DNA of 64,000 bases from a candidate division FCPU426 bacterium. GTDB taxonomy: Bacteria > Oederibacteriota > Muellerivitia > Muellerivitales > Muellerivitaceae. The notes under the pieces were generated by a model. It was not told the DNA's origin. It ran no database searches and was given only the letters and a program-made list of their open reading frames with translations. The stretch covers positions 100,666-164,665 of the forward strand of contig CAWHOE010000053.1 of assembly GCA_963830915.1 (NCBI GenBank), written 5' to 3'. The translations under genes and the position numbers were made by a program. This document shows, one piece after another, positions 9,532-19,493 of this stretch (position 1 is its first letter; every line of letters begins with the position of its first letter).

Positions 9532-9800
9532 CCATCGGAAACGGTGTCTTTCGTCCATCGGAAAGGCCAGGCTACCCATCGGAAGAGGGGCTTCCGGCCA
9601 TCGGAAAGACCAGGCCACCCATCGGAAAGGGTCTTCCGGCCATCGGAAAGACCAGGCCACCCATCGGAAGAGGGACTTCCGGCCATCGGAAAGGCCAGGC
9701 CACCCATCGGAAAGGGTCTTCCGGCCATCGGAAAGGCCAGGCCACCCATCGGAAAGGGTTTTCCGGCCATCGGAAAGGCCAGGTCACCCATCGGAAGAGG
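9532..9800. repeat. tandem array of 42-bp (2x21) units with CCATCGGAA core
   Basis: 13 CCATCGGAA cores at 9532, 9555, 9576, 9598, 9619, 9640, 9661, 9683, 9704, 9725, 9746, 9767, 9788. Confidence 0.95.
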
Positions 9801-9842
9801 TCGCTACGAGGGGCCGACTAGACAGACTACTTTTAGGGTTTG

Positions 9843-11198
9843 TTAAATCTCGAAATGGAACCGGCCAGAGAGGATACCTACCGGCCCCCGGTCCTGGTTG
9901 TAGGCCGGGTTGTTCACCCCTTGCAGGTCCAGGGTAAGCCCGATGGTCTTGATGGGTTTGTAGAGGTAATAAAGCTCCACCATCTCTTCCGGGGCATAAT
10001 TCAAAGCCCCATCCCCAAGGTCGAAATCCGATCCACCCGCCGCCAAATAGGCCTGATGCACGGCTGATAACCCAGCGATAGCGAACCCTAGACCAAACTG
10101 ATCCTGGGCCCTTCCCCAAGAGGTTCCTTTAAGCGAAAGCCCTAGGGAGGCCACCTGATCCACCGCGGTAAATTCCCATGTCTCGCTCTGCCCGTCGTTC
10201 CAACCCAGCCGGGCGAACAAACCCAGGTCAGGCCCGGCGGTTTGTTCCCAATTCAAACCCAACCCAAACCTTTCTCGGTACTGGCGGGTGGCGGTGACAT
10301 CGGGGTTGACCGGGGACTGGTTCAAGGCGTCCTGATACCCCCCCATATGGGCGTGATTGGCGTAAACGAGGAACCGAAGCTTTCCTGCCCCCGTATCGGC
10401 TCCATACCGCCATTCCAGCTCAGCGTTTTCGGCCCTGGCCGCGGGAAAGTTCGTGTCGAAGACGGGGCCATTAGCCGCCGTCGATACCATCGCCTCCGCG
10501 AATCGGAAGGCCCAATCTTTTTGATTGAGTTCAGCCAATAGAGCGATGGTATAGCCATGGGTATCGGCGGCGTAATCCCAGGCCGTATTGGTCTCCAAGG
10601 CCTCGTTCATGAATTGGGTCCGGGGGTCATGGGCAAAAGCGTTATTGTCGAAAAAATCGCCCAGGGCGTATTTGCCCGCCGTAAAGGTCAAGCGGGAGAT
10701 ATCTTGCTTGCCGGAAAGCTGGTTCTGGTCATCCTCGATGGATTCCTGTTCTCCGCCCAGACCCACCACCTGCTGGAAATATAGCCGGGCTTGGTTATAG
10801 GTTGGGTCGGGGGTCCCAACTTTCGAGATTTCAGCGTTTGGGAAATCCCCCAAACCCGTGACATTGGAAAATCCGCTTCCCGCCGGGACTTCAGGATCGG
10901 CGTACAAATAGCCTCCCTGCCAAGTTTTGAGCCCCAGGAAAAGGGTGGCCGTGAAAGAACAATTCAACTCCGATGTGTTTTGCAGGCTTGTGGCGGGTGA
11001 AGTGTATTTCGCGGGAAACGCCGGATGATACTGAGGCAGGATGGTCATCTGGAAGTGGATGTTCCACAATTGGTCAGGCGTGGCAGGGTCATCCCCGGCC
11101 ATGACCTGTGTCGCCGGCAAGCAAAACAGCAAGGTTAGTAGGGAGAGTATCCTTGATCGCATGGGCCGTAAGATAGACTTCCGCAGGATTGACTTCAA
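9843..11198 (-). CDS. carbohydrate porin (OprB-like; MnoP-type high-affinity Mn2+ porin subfamily possible)
   Basis: Signal peptide; FFDNNAFAHDPRTQFMN, WDYAADTHGY, NPAYNQDRGPV; C-terminal FHFEI. Start may be 11162. Confidence 0.8.
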   Translation of the reverse strand: MKSILRKSILRPMRSRILSLLTLLFCLPATQVMAGDDPATPDQLWNIHFQMTILPQYHPAFPAKYTSPATSLQNTSELNCSFTATLFLGLKTWQGGYLYADPEVPAGSGFSNVTGLGDFPNAEISKVGTPDPTYNQARLYFQQVVGLGGEQESIEDDQNQLSGKQDISRLTFTAGKYALGDFFDNNAFAHDPRTQFMNEALETNTAWDYAADTHGYTIALLAELNQKDWAFRFAEAMVSTAANGPVFDTNFPAARAENAELEWRYGADTGAGKLRFLVYANHAHMGGYQDALNQSPVNPDVTATRQYRERFGLGLNWEQTAGPDLGLFARLGWNDGQSETWEFTAVDQVASLGLSLKGTSWGRAQDQFGLGFAIAGLSAVHQAYLAAGGSDFDLGDGALNYAPEEMVELYYLYKPIKTIGLTLDLQGVNNPAYNQDRGPVGILSGRFHFEI

Positions 11199-11273
11199 TT
11201 TAAAAAACGCGGTTTACTTCGTATTTACATGATCCGAATTTTGAGATCTCTTCGTGGTTAAGTCACGAAACGA

Positions 11274-11981
11274 CTAGCCTCGTTTCTTACTTTTAGGAAA
11301 GAGGAAGAAGAGACAACAACCCATGACCAGGGCTCCCAGATGGGCGTCCCAGGCCGTGCCAGCTGTTTGGTAAATGGTGAACACGCTTCCGCCCAGTTTG
11401 GAAAGGGGTGTGACCAGCCATTTCATCTTGGCCCAGGGCACGAAAGCCAGGGAAAACTGGACCAGGGCCCAGAGCCCCATGACATAAGCGGTTCGGGAGG
11501 GCATCTCCAACAGAGGGGCGCCGAAAAAGGAGAATATCCATTTCATCCGGCCCCAGGGATAGAGCATCAGGTACATGGCTCCCAGGCCCGTCACGGCCCG
11601 GGATGCCCCCACCAACGCCAGGGTACTTTCAGGATGGAAATGCCAATGGGCGAACTCGCCGGCGAAACCGCAAAGGAAATAAGCCGCTAAGTATCTTTTC
11701 TTCCCAATGGTTTCCTCCACGCCCTTTCCGAACATGAAAAGAAAGGTCGTATTGGCCACCAGTTGGGTCCAACTAGTGCTCAAGAAAAGGGAGGTCACGA
11801 TACCTATGCCCATATGTCGGAAAGGGGCGGCGGGGATGAATCCATAACGGCCCAGGATGTCCAAGAAATCCGGCCGACTCAAGGTCTGATAGCAGACCAC
11901 AGCGTTCAGGACAAGGATGAGGGTATTGGCCCAGGGGATCTTTTTGGACGCGGGGTTATCGTCGACGAAAGTGATGAACAT
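11274..11981 (-). CDS. rhomboid-family intramembrane protease (divergent motifs)
   Basis: N..FL.MFGKGVEE.IG, VGASRAVTG, AWDAHLG; multiple TMs. Confidence 0.75.
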   Translation of the reverse strand: MFITFVDDNPASKKIPWANTLILVLNAVVCYQTLSRPDFLDILGRYGFIPAAPFRHMGIGIVTSLFLSTSWTQLVANTTFLFMFGKGVEETIGKKRYLAAYFLCGFAGEFAHWHFHPESTLALVGASRAVTGLGAMYLMLYPWGRMKWIFSFFGAPLLEMPSRTAYVMGLWALVQFSLAFVPWAKMKWLVTPLSKLGGSVFTIYQTAGTAWDAHLGALVMGCCLFFLFPKSKKRG

Positions 11982-12013
11982 GGGTCGGTATTATAAACAA
12001 AAAACGGCGATTG

Positions 12014-12040
12014 AACCACCAAGGGCACCAAGGCACCAAG
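12014..12040. repeat. solo arm of AACCACCAAGGGCACCAAG repeat family
   Basis: AACCACCAAGGGCACCAAGGCACCAAG; same sequence and upstream flank (AAAAACGGCRATTG) as the element at 43.5-43.85 kb. Confidence 0.75.
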
Positions 12041-12088
12041 AAAACAAATCTAAAAATGTCGGTTCACACAAGCGGTAAACTTTGGCAT

Positions 12089-14269
12089 TTAGGATGAAAC
12101 GACCAGGCGGTAGTGTCCGCATTGAAATTTCCCACCATCCGATTTGAAGGAAGGCTCCCATCCCTCATCCATCAAGGCCGCGCCTGAAAGTTCCAGATCC
12201 ATGCCGATGAATCGATATTTCTTGGTTGGGTCCAACCCTCGCAAACGGATCGGGGCGGGTTTGTCGGAAGGTTTGGGCGGGTTAATTTTGAACACGAAGA
12301 GAATCGCTTCTGTTCTTGCCTCATTCACAAAGGACCAGGAAGCCCGATCGGAACCTGTGGGGCTTTCCAAACGATAAAAATCCCCGAACTGGATAAGGGG
12401 CGCTATCTCCTTATATAAGCGGATGTAACCTACCGCTTCCTTCTTTTCATCCTTGGTCCATTTGGAAACATCCACTTCATAGCCCAGGTTGCCCGACATG
12501 GCGACCAGATGGCGCCATTTCAAAGGCGTTTCCCTTTTCGTCTGGTGGTTGGGCGAGGCCGAAACGTGAGAACCGTGGGTGATGGGGGGATAGCAGAAGC
12601 TAGTGCCGTATTGGATGAATATGCGGTCCAGGCCGTCGGTGTTGTCCGAAGCCCATATCTGGGGATGATAACTTAATATCCCTAAGTCGAACCTTCCCCC
12701 GCCCCCCGCGCAACCCTCGAATAGGATCTGGGGAAATCTTCGGTTCAATCGCTCCATCAGGTCATAGACACCCAGTATATGGCGGTGGGATGTTTCAGCT
12801 TGCCGATTGGGCGGGAGGATGGCGCTGCCCGCCTCGGTGACAGGCCGGTTCATGTCCCACTTCACATAATCGACCTTCCCTGCCTCAAGCACCTTACTGA
12901 TGGTCTCGAAAAGATAATCCCGAACTTCCGCCCGGCCCATATCCAGGACCAGTTGGTTCCGCATCTCATTGCGATCCCGGCCAGGAACATGCAAACACCA
13001 GTCTGGATGTTGTTCATACAGTCGGCTTTTGGGGGAGACCATCTCCGGCTCGAACCAAAGGCCGAACTTCATCCCCAGTCCATGAATTTCCTCCGCCAGG
13101 CCCTGGATACCTCTGGGCAATTTGGCCTTGTCCTCGAACCAGTCCCCCAGGGAGGAATCATCCTTATCCCGCTTCCCGAACCAGCCGTCATCCAGGACCA
13201 TTAGTTCGATGCCAAGGTCCTTGGCGTTCTTGGCGATGCGCAGGATATCCTCGTGCTTGAAATCGAAATAAGTGGCTTCCCAATTGTTGATCAGGATGGG
13301 ACGGACCTTGTCCTTCCAGGCTCCCCTCAGGACATGTCGGCGGATGAACCGGTGATACTTGAGGCTCAAGGATGAATGACCCTGATCCGAATAGACCATT
13401 ACGCACTCAGGTGTCTGGAAATTTTCCCCAGGCTCTAACCGCCACTTGAGATCAAAATCGTTCAGGCCCATTTGAATCCTTAGATTCTTGTCCCGGTAAA
13501 CTTCCGCTTCCATCAGCCAATTCCCGCTGTAGGCCAGGGCGAAACCGTAAACCTCACCCTTTTCCTCATCAACCATTCCCCGGCTGACCATAGCGAAGGG
13601 GTTCATTTCGTGGGAAAACTGGCCCTTGCGGCTTTCCAGCCTTGTGGTTCCCGGAAGCAGGTCCCGATCCAGTTTTTGTCTTTCCTTGATCCAGGCCCCG
13701 GAAAAACTCGTCAAGCGGTAGTCCCCCGCCGGAAAATCCAATGAGGCGCTCATGAGTTTCTGGATATGGACCGGCTCGGGCCCGTTGTTCTTGAGCGCTG
13801 CCCGGCGCACCAGCGCGTCCCATTCGGGATAGAGGGTATAAAAGAGTTCCAGTTGATGGCCCTTGAGCTTATCTTCCAAGACCAGCTTCAATGTCTGGGC
13901 ATCATTAGGACTATTCACGGTTGTCCCGGGAAGCCCCTTCAATTCGGGTTTTCCCTCAGTTATCTCGTGGGAACAGTAGACAAACCGGCTCAGCCTGGAC
14001 CCATCGGATTGTTCTATATGTAAGGCTGGGACGCGAAGGTCGTTATGGCCGAAATCAGCGAATTCCCGGAGGTGGTTCTCCCTGACAAGTTTGGGATCTT
14101 TTAAGAGCTTTTCAACCCATTCTCCCGCAAGTTTGGTGATTCCCTCAGGACCCAGTGGAGTTCCCCAGTAGAGGTGGTGGATATCCCCATCCGGCGCGAT
14201 TCCCAATAAATAGGCGGAACCCTTTCCTTCCAACACAAAGACATTTTGTTCTTTCCGGATCATTCCCAT
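12089..14269 (-). CDS. alpha-galactosidase, GH36
   Basis: RPILINNWEATYFDF, VLDDGWFG.R.D, FGLWFEPEMV, YVKWDMNR, EGCAGGGGRFD, WASDNTD; start uncertain (14263-14308). Confidence 0.93.
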   Translation of the reverse strand: MGMIRKEQNVFVLEGKGSAYLLGIAPDGDIHHLYWGTPLGPEGITKLAGEWVEKLLKDPKLVRENHLREFADFGHNDLRVPALHIEQSDGSRLSRFVYCSHEITEGKPELKGLPGTTVNSPNDAQTLKLVLEDKLKGHQLELFYTLYPEWDALVRRAALKNNGPEPVHIQKLMSASLDFPAGDYRLTSFSGAWIKERQKLDRDLLPGTTRLESRKGQFSHEMNPFAMVSRGMVDEEKGEVYGFALAYSGNWLMEAEVYRDKNLRIQMGLNDFDLKWRLEPGENFQTPECVMVYSDQGHSSLSLKYHRFIRRHVLRGAWKDKVRPILINNWEATYFDFKHEDILRIAKNAKDLGIELMVLDDGWFGKRDKDDSSLGDWFEDKAKLPRGIQGLAEEIHGLGMKFGLWFEPEMVSPKSRLYEQHPDWCLHVPGRDRNEMRNQLVLDMGRAEVRDYLFETISKVLEAGKVDYVKWDMNRPVTEAGSAILPPNRQAETSHRHILGVYDLMERLNRRFPQILFEGCAGGGGRFDLGILSYHPQIWASDNTDGLDRIFIQYGTSFCYPPITHGSHVSASPNHQTKRETPLKWRHLVAMSGNLGYEVDVSKWTKDEKKEAVGYIRLYKEIAPLIQFGDFYRLESPTGSDRASWSFVNEARTEAILFVFKINPPKPSDKPAPIRLRGLDPTKKYRFIGMDLELSGAALMDEGWEPSFKSDGGKFQCGHYRLVVSS

Positions 14270-14549
14270 CTCGTTTCCCAAAGTAACGGCAACATCGATT
14301 TTATCCACAGGTTACAGAATTGCGTTAAAAAATCGTTTTTTCAGGATATTTTAACAATAATTATGTTTAACCAGCGTTTGTTTCGGAAAGGTAAACTCAG
14401 TCCGGATAACTCAAAAAAGAATTATCATAACTTTTATTGGGCTAAACAAAACTTTGCTTCATTTGAAGCGTCTAACCTATAATCCGTTTCGATTTTTCTA
14501 ATTTTGCGTTTGAGGCGATGGCAAATTCAATTTTTCCACAAGAGGTTTC

Positions 14550-15710
14550 ATGCGTCGTAAACACCGCATCGCCATTCTTCGGGGTCCCCTCCTGAATCCC
14601 TTCGAGATGCAATCCTACGAACCTCTTCAAAATGAATTCGAAATTACGGCCATCAAACCCCACATCACCCAATTCAATACCGAATCGATCAAAATTCCCC
14701 AGCAAACCCTTTGGTGCCCGATTTCCGGCAAAATTGCCTTTGAAAGGACGAAACGCAAATGGCAGGCGGTCAAGGACCGTTTTCAAGGCGACACCTTCAG
14801 TTTTTGCGGTCTTCGGGACCGTTTGAAAGGGTTCGACCTTTATCACATCAAGGACCAATCCTTTTGTTTCAGCTTCGAGGCGGCCCTCGCCAAAAGACAA
14901 TACGGCGGAAAGCTTGTGGTGACCCAGTTGGAGAATATCCCCTTCCTGAACGAGGAAAAATTCATGGAGAGGCACATCAAAAAAACCGTGCGGGAGAACG
15001 CCGATCTTTTCCTGGCCGCCTCCGAGGGCGCCAAACATACCCTCCTGCAAGAGGGTGTGCCAGAAACCAAAATACGCCGTATCGCCAATTCGATCGATAC
15101 GGAACATTTCAAACCGGGACCTCGGGACCTCAAACTGGCGTCCTCACTGGGTATTTCCCCCCGGTCTTTTACCTTGGCCTATATCGGAAGATTGGCCCGA
15201 AGCAAAGGGGTTTACACCCTTTTGGAGGCTTTCCAACGGATGAGCCGGAAAGATCCGAGCCTTCATTTACTTTTGGTGGGCCATGACGAGGAGGGTATCG
15301 AAAGCTGGGTAAAATCCTCCGGCCTACAAACCAAGGTCCATATGGCGGGGTGGGTTTCCTATAAAGATACTGTCCTTTATTACCGATTGGCGGACCTGTT
15401 AGTATTGCCTAGCTTGACGCGCAAACGATGGAAAGAGCAATTCGGTTATGTCATGGCCGAGGCCATGGCCTGCGGGATCCCGGTGGTCGGTTCGGACAGC
15501 GGCGCTATCCCGGAAGTCATCGGCCGGCCGGAAATGATCTTCAAGGAAGGATCAGTGGAAAGCCTCCAGCAGGTGCTGGAAGCCCAAAGGAATAGGACAT
15601 TGGGGCCTGTCAAAAAATGGGTACGCTCGAGGGCCGTAAATCTTTATTCCTCCAAAACCCTGACCAAGTTCCTAAGGAAAACCTACCACGAACTTCTTGA
15701 TCGGACCTGA
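14550..15710 (+). CDS. glycosyltransferase family 4
   Basis: YIGRLARSKG, LVLPS...WKEQFGYVMAEAMACGIPVVGSDSGAIPEV. Confidence 0.92.
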   Translation: MRRKHRIAILRGPLLNPFEMQSYEPLQNEFEITAIKPHITQFNTESIKIPQQTLWCPISGKIAFERTKRKWQAVKDRFQGDTFSFCGLRDRLKGFDLYHIKDQSFCFSFEAALAKRQYGGKLVVTQLENIPFLNEEKFMERHIKKTVRENADLFLAASEGAKHTLLQEGVPETKIRRIANSIDTEHFKPGPRDLKLASSLGISPRSFTLAYIGRLARSKGVYTLLEAFQRMSRKDPSLHLLLVGHDEEGIESWVKSSGLQTKVHMAGWVSYKDTVLYYRLADLLVLPSLTRKRWKEQFGYVMAEAMACGIPVVGSDSGAIPEVIGRPEMIFKEGSVESLQQVLEAQRNRTLGPVKKWVRSRAVNLYSSKTLTKFLRKTYHELLDRT

Positions 15711-15748
15711 TCTTTTTTAAACCAAACTATTCCATTTAGGAGCATTTG

Positions 15749-16312
15749 ATGTTCAACCGGTCGAGAGCCCTTCGGCGGCCTTGGATGCACGAAAAAGAAA
15801 TGGCCTTGATCCTCAAATATATCCCGGAAAACGCCGTGATGTTGGAATGGGGGAGCGGAGGCAGCACCTTTTACTTTTCCAAGCGGGCCCGTAAGTATTT
15901 CAGCATCGAGCACAATGAGAAATGGGGGAAAACCGTACAAGCCCGAGTGGGATGGAATGAATTCTGGGCCAAGCTATTAACGGGTCGGAAAGAACGAAAA
16001 GTCGAGTACCACATCGTCAAGCCGAACGCGGCGGCGCCGGCTTTGCCGTCGAAGATCGAGGATTACCGGGATTACGTGGATCAGGTGGACCGGTTGGGAG
16101 TTCCCCGTTTCGACATTGTTTTGATCGACGGGCGAGCCAGGGACCATTGCGCCGAGAAGATCCTCAAATACATCGATGGATCATCCATCGTTTTTATCCA
16201 CGATTTTTTCATGCCGGGGCGGGAGTATTACGGCAGGGTCCTGGAAATGTACGACGTAGTGGATTCGGTGAAAGACACTCCCCAGACCCTGGTGGCCTTG
16301 AGAAAAAAATAA
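15749..16312 (+). CDS. class I SAM-dependent methyltransferase-like protein
   Basis: MLEWGSGGST, SIEHN, FDIVLIDGRAR, FIHD; follows GT4. Confidence 0.7.
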   Translation: MFNRSRALRRPWMHEKEMALILKYIPENAVMLEWGSGGSTFYFSKRARKYFSIEHNEKWGKTVQARVGWNEFWAKLLTGRKERKVEYHIVKPNAAAPALPSKIEDYRDYVDQVDRLGVPRFDIVLIDGRARDHCAEKILKYIDGSSIVFIHDFFMPGREYYGRVLEMYDVVDSVKDTPQTLVALRKK

Positions 16313-16370
16313 CTCGAATGACATTTCTTACCTCGGGAAATGAAGATCTTTCCCTGGCCGCTTGACCGAG

Positions 16371-16889
16371 CTACTTTTTGATCTCTCCTTTCCTCAACCA
16401 TTCACCAACCCCCTCCGGTAATTCAGGGGAGGGTTGGTCCCAGTGGATGCAATCCATCAGGAACTGGGAAGGGACTTTGCCTTGGGGACTCATGAACAAG
16501 CCCTGGATGATCCCCTTCGCGTAGACTTCGCCCCCCACCTCGAAGGTCTGTTCCAGATAGAGCCACTTCTCGTCCCAGGCCAACAACCGGGTTTTCAAGG
16601 TATAGGTTTGGAACAGTTTAAGAGGCCTGCGAAAATTCATTTTCAGCGCGCCCAGCACGGGAAACATCCTGTTTTTCAGCATGGGCTTGAAAAAACCCGC
16701 CCGGATCACCAGGTCGAACCGTCCCAGGTCCATCAGGGTGAGATAACGGCCGTTGTTCACGTGGAAATTCAGGTCCAGGTCGTTGGGCCAGATTCGTCCA
16801 TGGATGACCGAGGTGTCCAGCAGGCCCAGCTTTTTTCTGCGGAAGATCAGGATCAGGATATGTTTGAAGAGGCGCAGGTAAAGATTCAT
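16371..16889 (-). CDS. acyl-CoA thioesterase (4HBT-like hotdog fold)
   Basis: WPNDLDLNFHVNNGRYLTLMDLGR; AAAGGGG RBS before ATG 16889. Confidence 0.88.
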   Translation of the reverse strand: MNLYLRLFKHILILIFRRKKLGLLDTSVIHGRIWPNDLDLNFHVNNGRYLTLMDLGRFDLVIRAGFFKPMLKNRMFPVLGALKMNFRRPLKLFQTYTLKTRLLAWDEKWLYLEQTFEVGGEVYAKGIIQGLFMSPQGKVPSQFLMDCIHWDQPSPELPEGVGEWLRKGEIKK

Positions 16890-16976
16890 GGTTTCCCCTT
16901 TCGGGAAAGCACATCCTATACCTACCAACCTTCTATAAAAAAGATGTCAAAACCGATCCGTTAATATTTACGTTAT

Positions 16977-17795
16977 TTACTTGGGTTTATTTTCTTTAGT
17001 GGGAATATTCCACCGTTTCAGATCGGTCAAGACGGTTTGGTCCGCGACACCTTGTAGATAATCCCCCGTGGCGTAATCCAAGTCTCCCATGTACTTCAAT
17101 CCTTTCGGGCTCTCTTGATAGATCGTCGCGTAGAACACACAGGCCGCCAGGTAAGTGCCGGCCGGGCCGGGATGTATGCCGTCCCCGCCCCAAAGATCCA
17201 GGGAGGGGCGTAACGCCACCGCGTTCCTCCATGCTTCCCCCACCGGGGAAACTTCGATGGCCAGTTCATTGGCGTTATCCATATAGCCCTGGGTCAACTG
17301 ATCCTGCATGGTTAAATAATCGCTATAACCGATCTCAGGACATCCATTCTTCCGGCCCCAGGTCATGTAAAGGACGGGCAAGGCCCCCGTCTGGCGGATG
17401 GCGATGTTCATGGAACGCACCGCCGGATACATTTCATTCACCTTCTCGAAAGGGATGGAAGGCACCTGGCTTTGTTCCTGCAGGACCACATAATCCCATT
17501 TTTGGTCCTGGATGGTTTTCATCGTGAATGGCGTGGCGGCGTGTTGATAGAGTTTATAAGCCCCCGGCGCGATCATTCCGGTGGTCACGGGATGGCCGCC
17601 CGACAGGGCCAGTTGGGCGAAGGTGCCCGGCAGGTTGTTGACATAGGTGAAGCTATTGCCGATGAAAAGAAGGGATATCTTAGACGTTAATGGTTTCTGC
17701 TCGCCGCACCCAGCCAGCGACGCCAGGCAAAAACAGGTAACCAATATCCGGCCGGTTATCCGGAACCAATGTTTCGCGCTTGGTTTGAAAGTCAT
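16977..17795 (-). CDS. SGNH/GDSL-like hydrolase lipoprotein
   Basis: Lipobox LAGC; LFIGNSFT, WDYVVLQEQS, DGIHP..AGTYLAA. Confidence 0.8.
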   Translation of the reverse strand: MTFKPSAKHWFRITGRILVTCFCLASLAGCGEQKPLTSKISLLFIGNSFTYVNNLPGTFAQLALSGGHPVTTGMIAPGAYKLYQHAATPFTMKTIQDQKWDYVVLQEQSQVPSIPFEKVNEMYPAVRSMNIAIRQTGALPVLYMTWGRKNGCPEIGYSDYLTMQDQLTQGYMDNANELAIEVSPVGEAWRNAVALRPSLDLWGGDGIHPGPAGTYLAACVFYATIYQESPKGLKYMGDLDYATGDYLQGVADQTVLTDLKRWNIPTKENKPK

Positions 17796-17817
17796 GAAAA
17801 CCTCCAACCATACTTAT

Positions 17818-18582
17818 TCAGCCGCTGGCGGACCGGTCCAATTGGGTGGAAAAATCCCCATCCACGGCGTTCAGCCCCATGTGCCTAAAACGGCTGTTGG
17901 TATCCACCCAGATCTCCCCGCCCATCCCAAGCCAACGGTGGCAAAAGCTGTAATCCTCGCTCAAGTATTCCCCGGTCTTCGGGTCGATCATGCAGTTGAA
18001 AAGAGCGAACCTGAAACGGCTTCCCGCCAGGGGATCCTCGGGGCCGAAATTGGAGCTGTACCGCGTTTCGGGATAACGCTTCATCATCGAAAGCAGGGCG
18101 GTCCTTTTGAGCATCAAGAATCCCGTACCGGCGAAACGAGCCTTCATGAAACCATCCCTTGATCCGGCCTTCCCCTGCTCGACCGGTTCGTAAACATAGG
18201 TCAGGGCCGCCGAGTCCGGACGCCCTTTCCCTTCCCGAACCAGGGCCTTCAAGCGTTCCGGGTCCATCCATTTATGGGGGCAAACCCCCGCGGATACATC
18301 CGCGCCAAAATCCAAAAGTCGAAAGACCTGCTCCGGCTCGAACCCGATATCCGAATCGATGAAAAGCAGATGGGTGGCCTGCTCCTGTTCCATGAAACGG
18401 GCGACCATATCCTGCCTCGCCCGGGGGATAAGAGCGTCCCCCGAATGGACCAACACGTCGAAGCGGACTCCCTTTTGAGCGCAGGCTTGATGAAGTTTGA
18501 GCATGGAGGAAACATAAGGGCCCATAAGCTTTCCATCGATGGAAGGTGTCCCGACGATAAGGTAATGGGAGGGTTCGGGCAT
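17818..18582 (-). CDS. GT-A-like uncharacterised glycosyltransferase (paralog 2)
   Basis: GTP, DALIPRARQ, THLLFIDSDIGF, AGTGFLM, YLSEDYSFC.RW...GGEIW.D. Confidence 0.75.
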   Translation of the reverse strand: MPEPSHYLIVGTPSIDGKLMGPYVSSMLKLHQACAQKGVRFDVLVHSGDALIPRARQDMVARFMEQEQATHLLFIDSDIGFEPEQVFRLLDFGADVSAGVCPHKWMDPERLKALVREGKGRPDSAALTYVYEPVEQGKAGSRDGFMKARFAGTGFLMLKRTALLSMMKRYPETRYSSNFGPEDPLAGSRFRFALFNCMIDPKTGEYLSEDYSFCHRWLGMGGEIWVDTNSRFRHMGLNAVDGDFSTQLDRSASG

Positions 18583-18584
18583 GG

Positions 18585-19361
18585 TTATTTGCCTCCAGCA
18601 GGAGCGGTCGGTCCAGCGCCAAAAGCCTGGATCATGTTCCCCTTGAAGACCATGGACCCCACATGGTCCAAACGGCTTTGGAAATCACCCCAGATCTCCC
18701 CGCCCATATCGGTCCAGAGTTTGCAGAAACTGGTGTCCTCGGATAAATATTGGTTGCCGTCAATGAGGCAGTTGAAGAAGGCGTAGCGGAATTTGCTATC
18801 CCTGAGGGGATCTTTCGGGCTGTTCCCGCCCGAGAATCGCAATTGGGGATAACGCTCCATCATGGCCAGGAAAACGGAGCGCCTGATCATCATGAATCCT
18901 GTCCCGGCATAAGGGACCTTAGCGAAACCATTCTCGGTCTTGGTTTTTTCATCCCATTGGGAGGTATAGGAATAGGATGCTGATTCCAGATCGGCCTTGC
19001 CCTCCTGGGCCAATTTTTGAACCTTATCCCAATGAACGCTTTTCAAAGGATAAAGACCGGCGGAGACATCCTTGCCCGAATCCAGCAGTCGGAAAACTTG
19101 TTTCGTCTCGAACCCGATATCCGAGTCGATGAACAGAAGATGGGTGGCGGAGGGGTCTTCCAGGAAACAAGTGACGATATTCTGGCGGGCACGGGTAATG
19201 AGGGCCTCGCCCCACAGGTTCAGGACGGTCAGGTTGACCCCGAGTTTGGCGCAAGCGTCCTGCAGTTGAAGCAAGGAAAGGAAATAGGCGCTAGTCACTT
19301 GCCCGCCGTAACAGGGCGTTCCGATGTAAAGATTGATAGGGCTTTTCCCGCTTCGCTCCAT
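18585..19361 (-). CDS. GT-A-like uncharacterised glycosyltransferase (paralog 1)
   Basis: Start MERSGK at 19361 (the track's longer N-terminus overlaps the + strand gene); GTPCYGG, EALITRARQ, THLLFIDSDIGF, YLSEDTSFC. Confidence 0.75.
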   Translation of the reverse strand: MERSGKSPINLYIGTPCYGGQVTSAYFLSLLQLQDACAKLGVNLTVLNLWGEALITRARQNIVTCFLEDPSATHLLFIDSDIGFETKQVFRLLDSGKDVSAGLYPLKSVHWDKVQKLAQEGKADLESASYSYTSQWDEKTKTENGFAKVPYAGTGFMMIRRSVFLAMMERYPQLRFSGGNSPKDPLRDSKFRYAFFNCLIDGNQYLSEDTSFCKLWTDMGGEIWGDFQSRLDHVGSMVFKGNMIQAFGAGPTAPAGGK

Positions 19362-19493
19362 CCGCCAGGTTCCTTTCCAAAAGTATCCAGGACGACATTT
19401 TACGGTTTTTCTGCGACAAAAGGATAAATCGATTGGGTAACGGTATAATGAGCCGATCAAAGACCCAACAAAGTATTCAAAAAGGGGGGGCAC

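Noticed and set aside
9532..9800. CRISPR array (also 42597-42855)
   Set aside because: The sequences between cores are themselves repeated and only 11-17 bp; there are no unique spacers and no cas genes in the window
14301..14309. Replication origin (perfect DnaA box TTATCCACA in an AT-rich intergenic region)
   Set aside because: Only one perfect box, no cluster, and no dnaA/dnaN/gidA context
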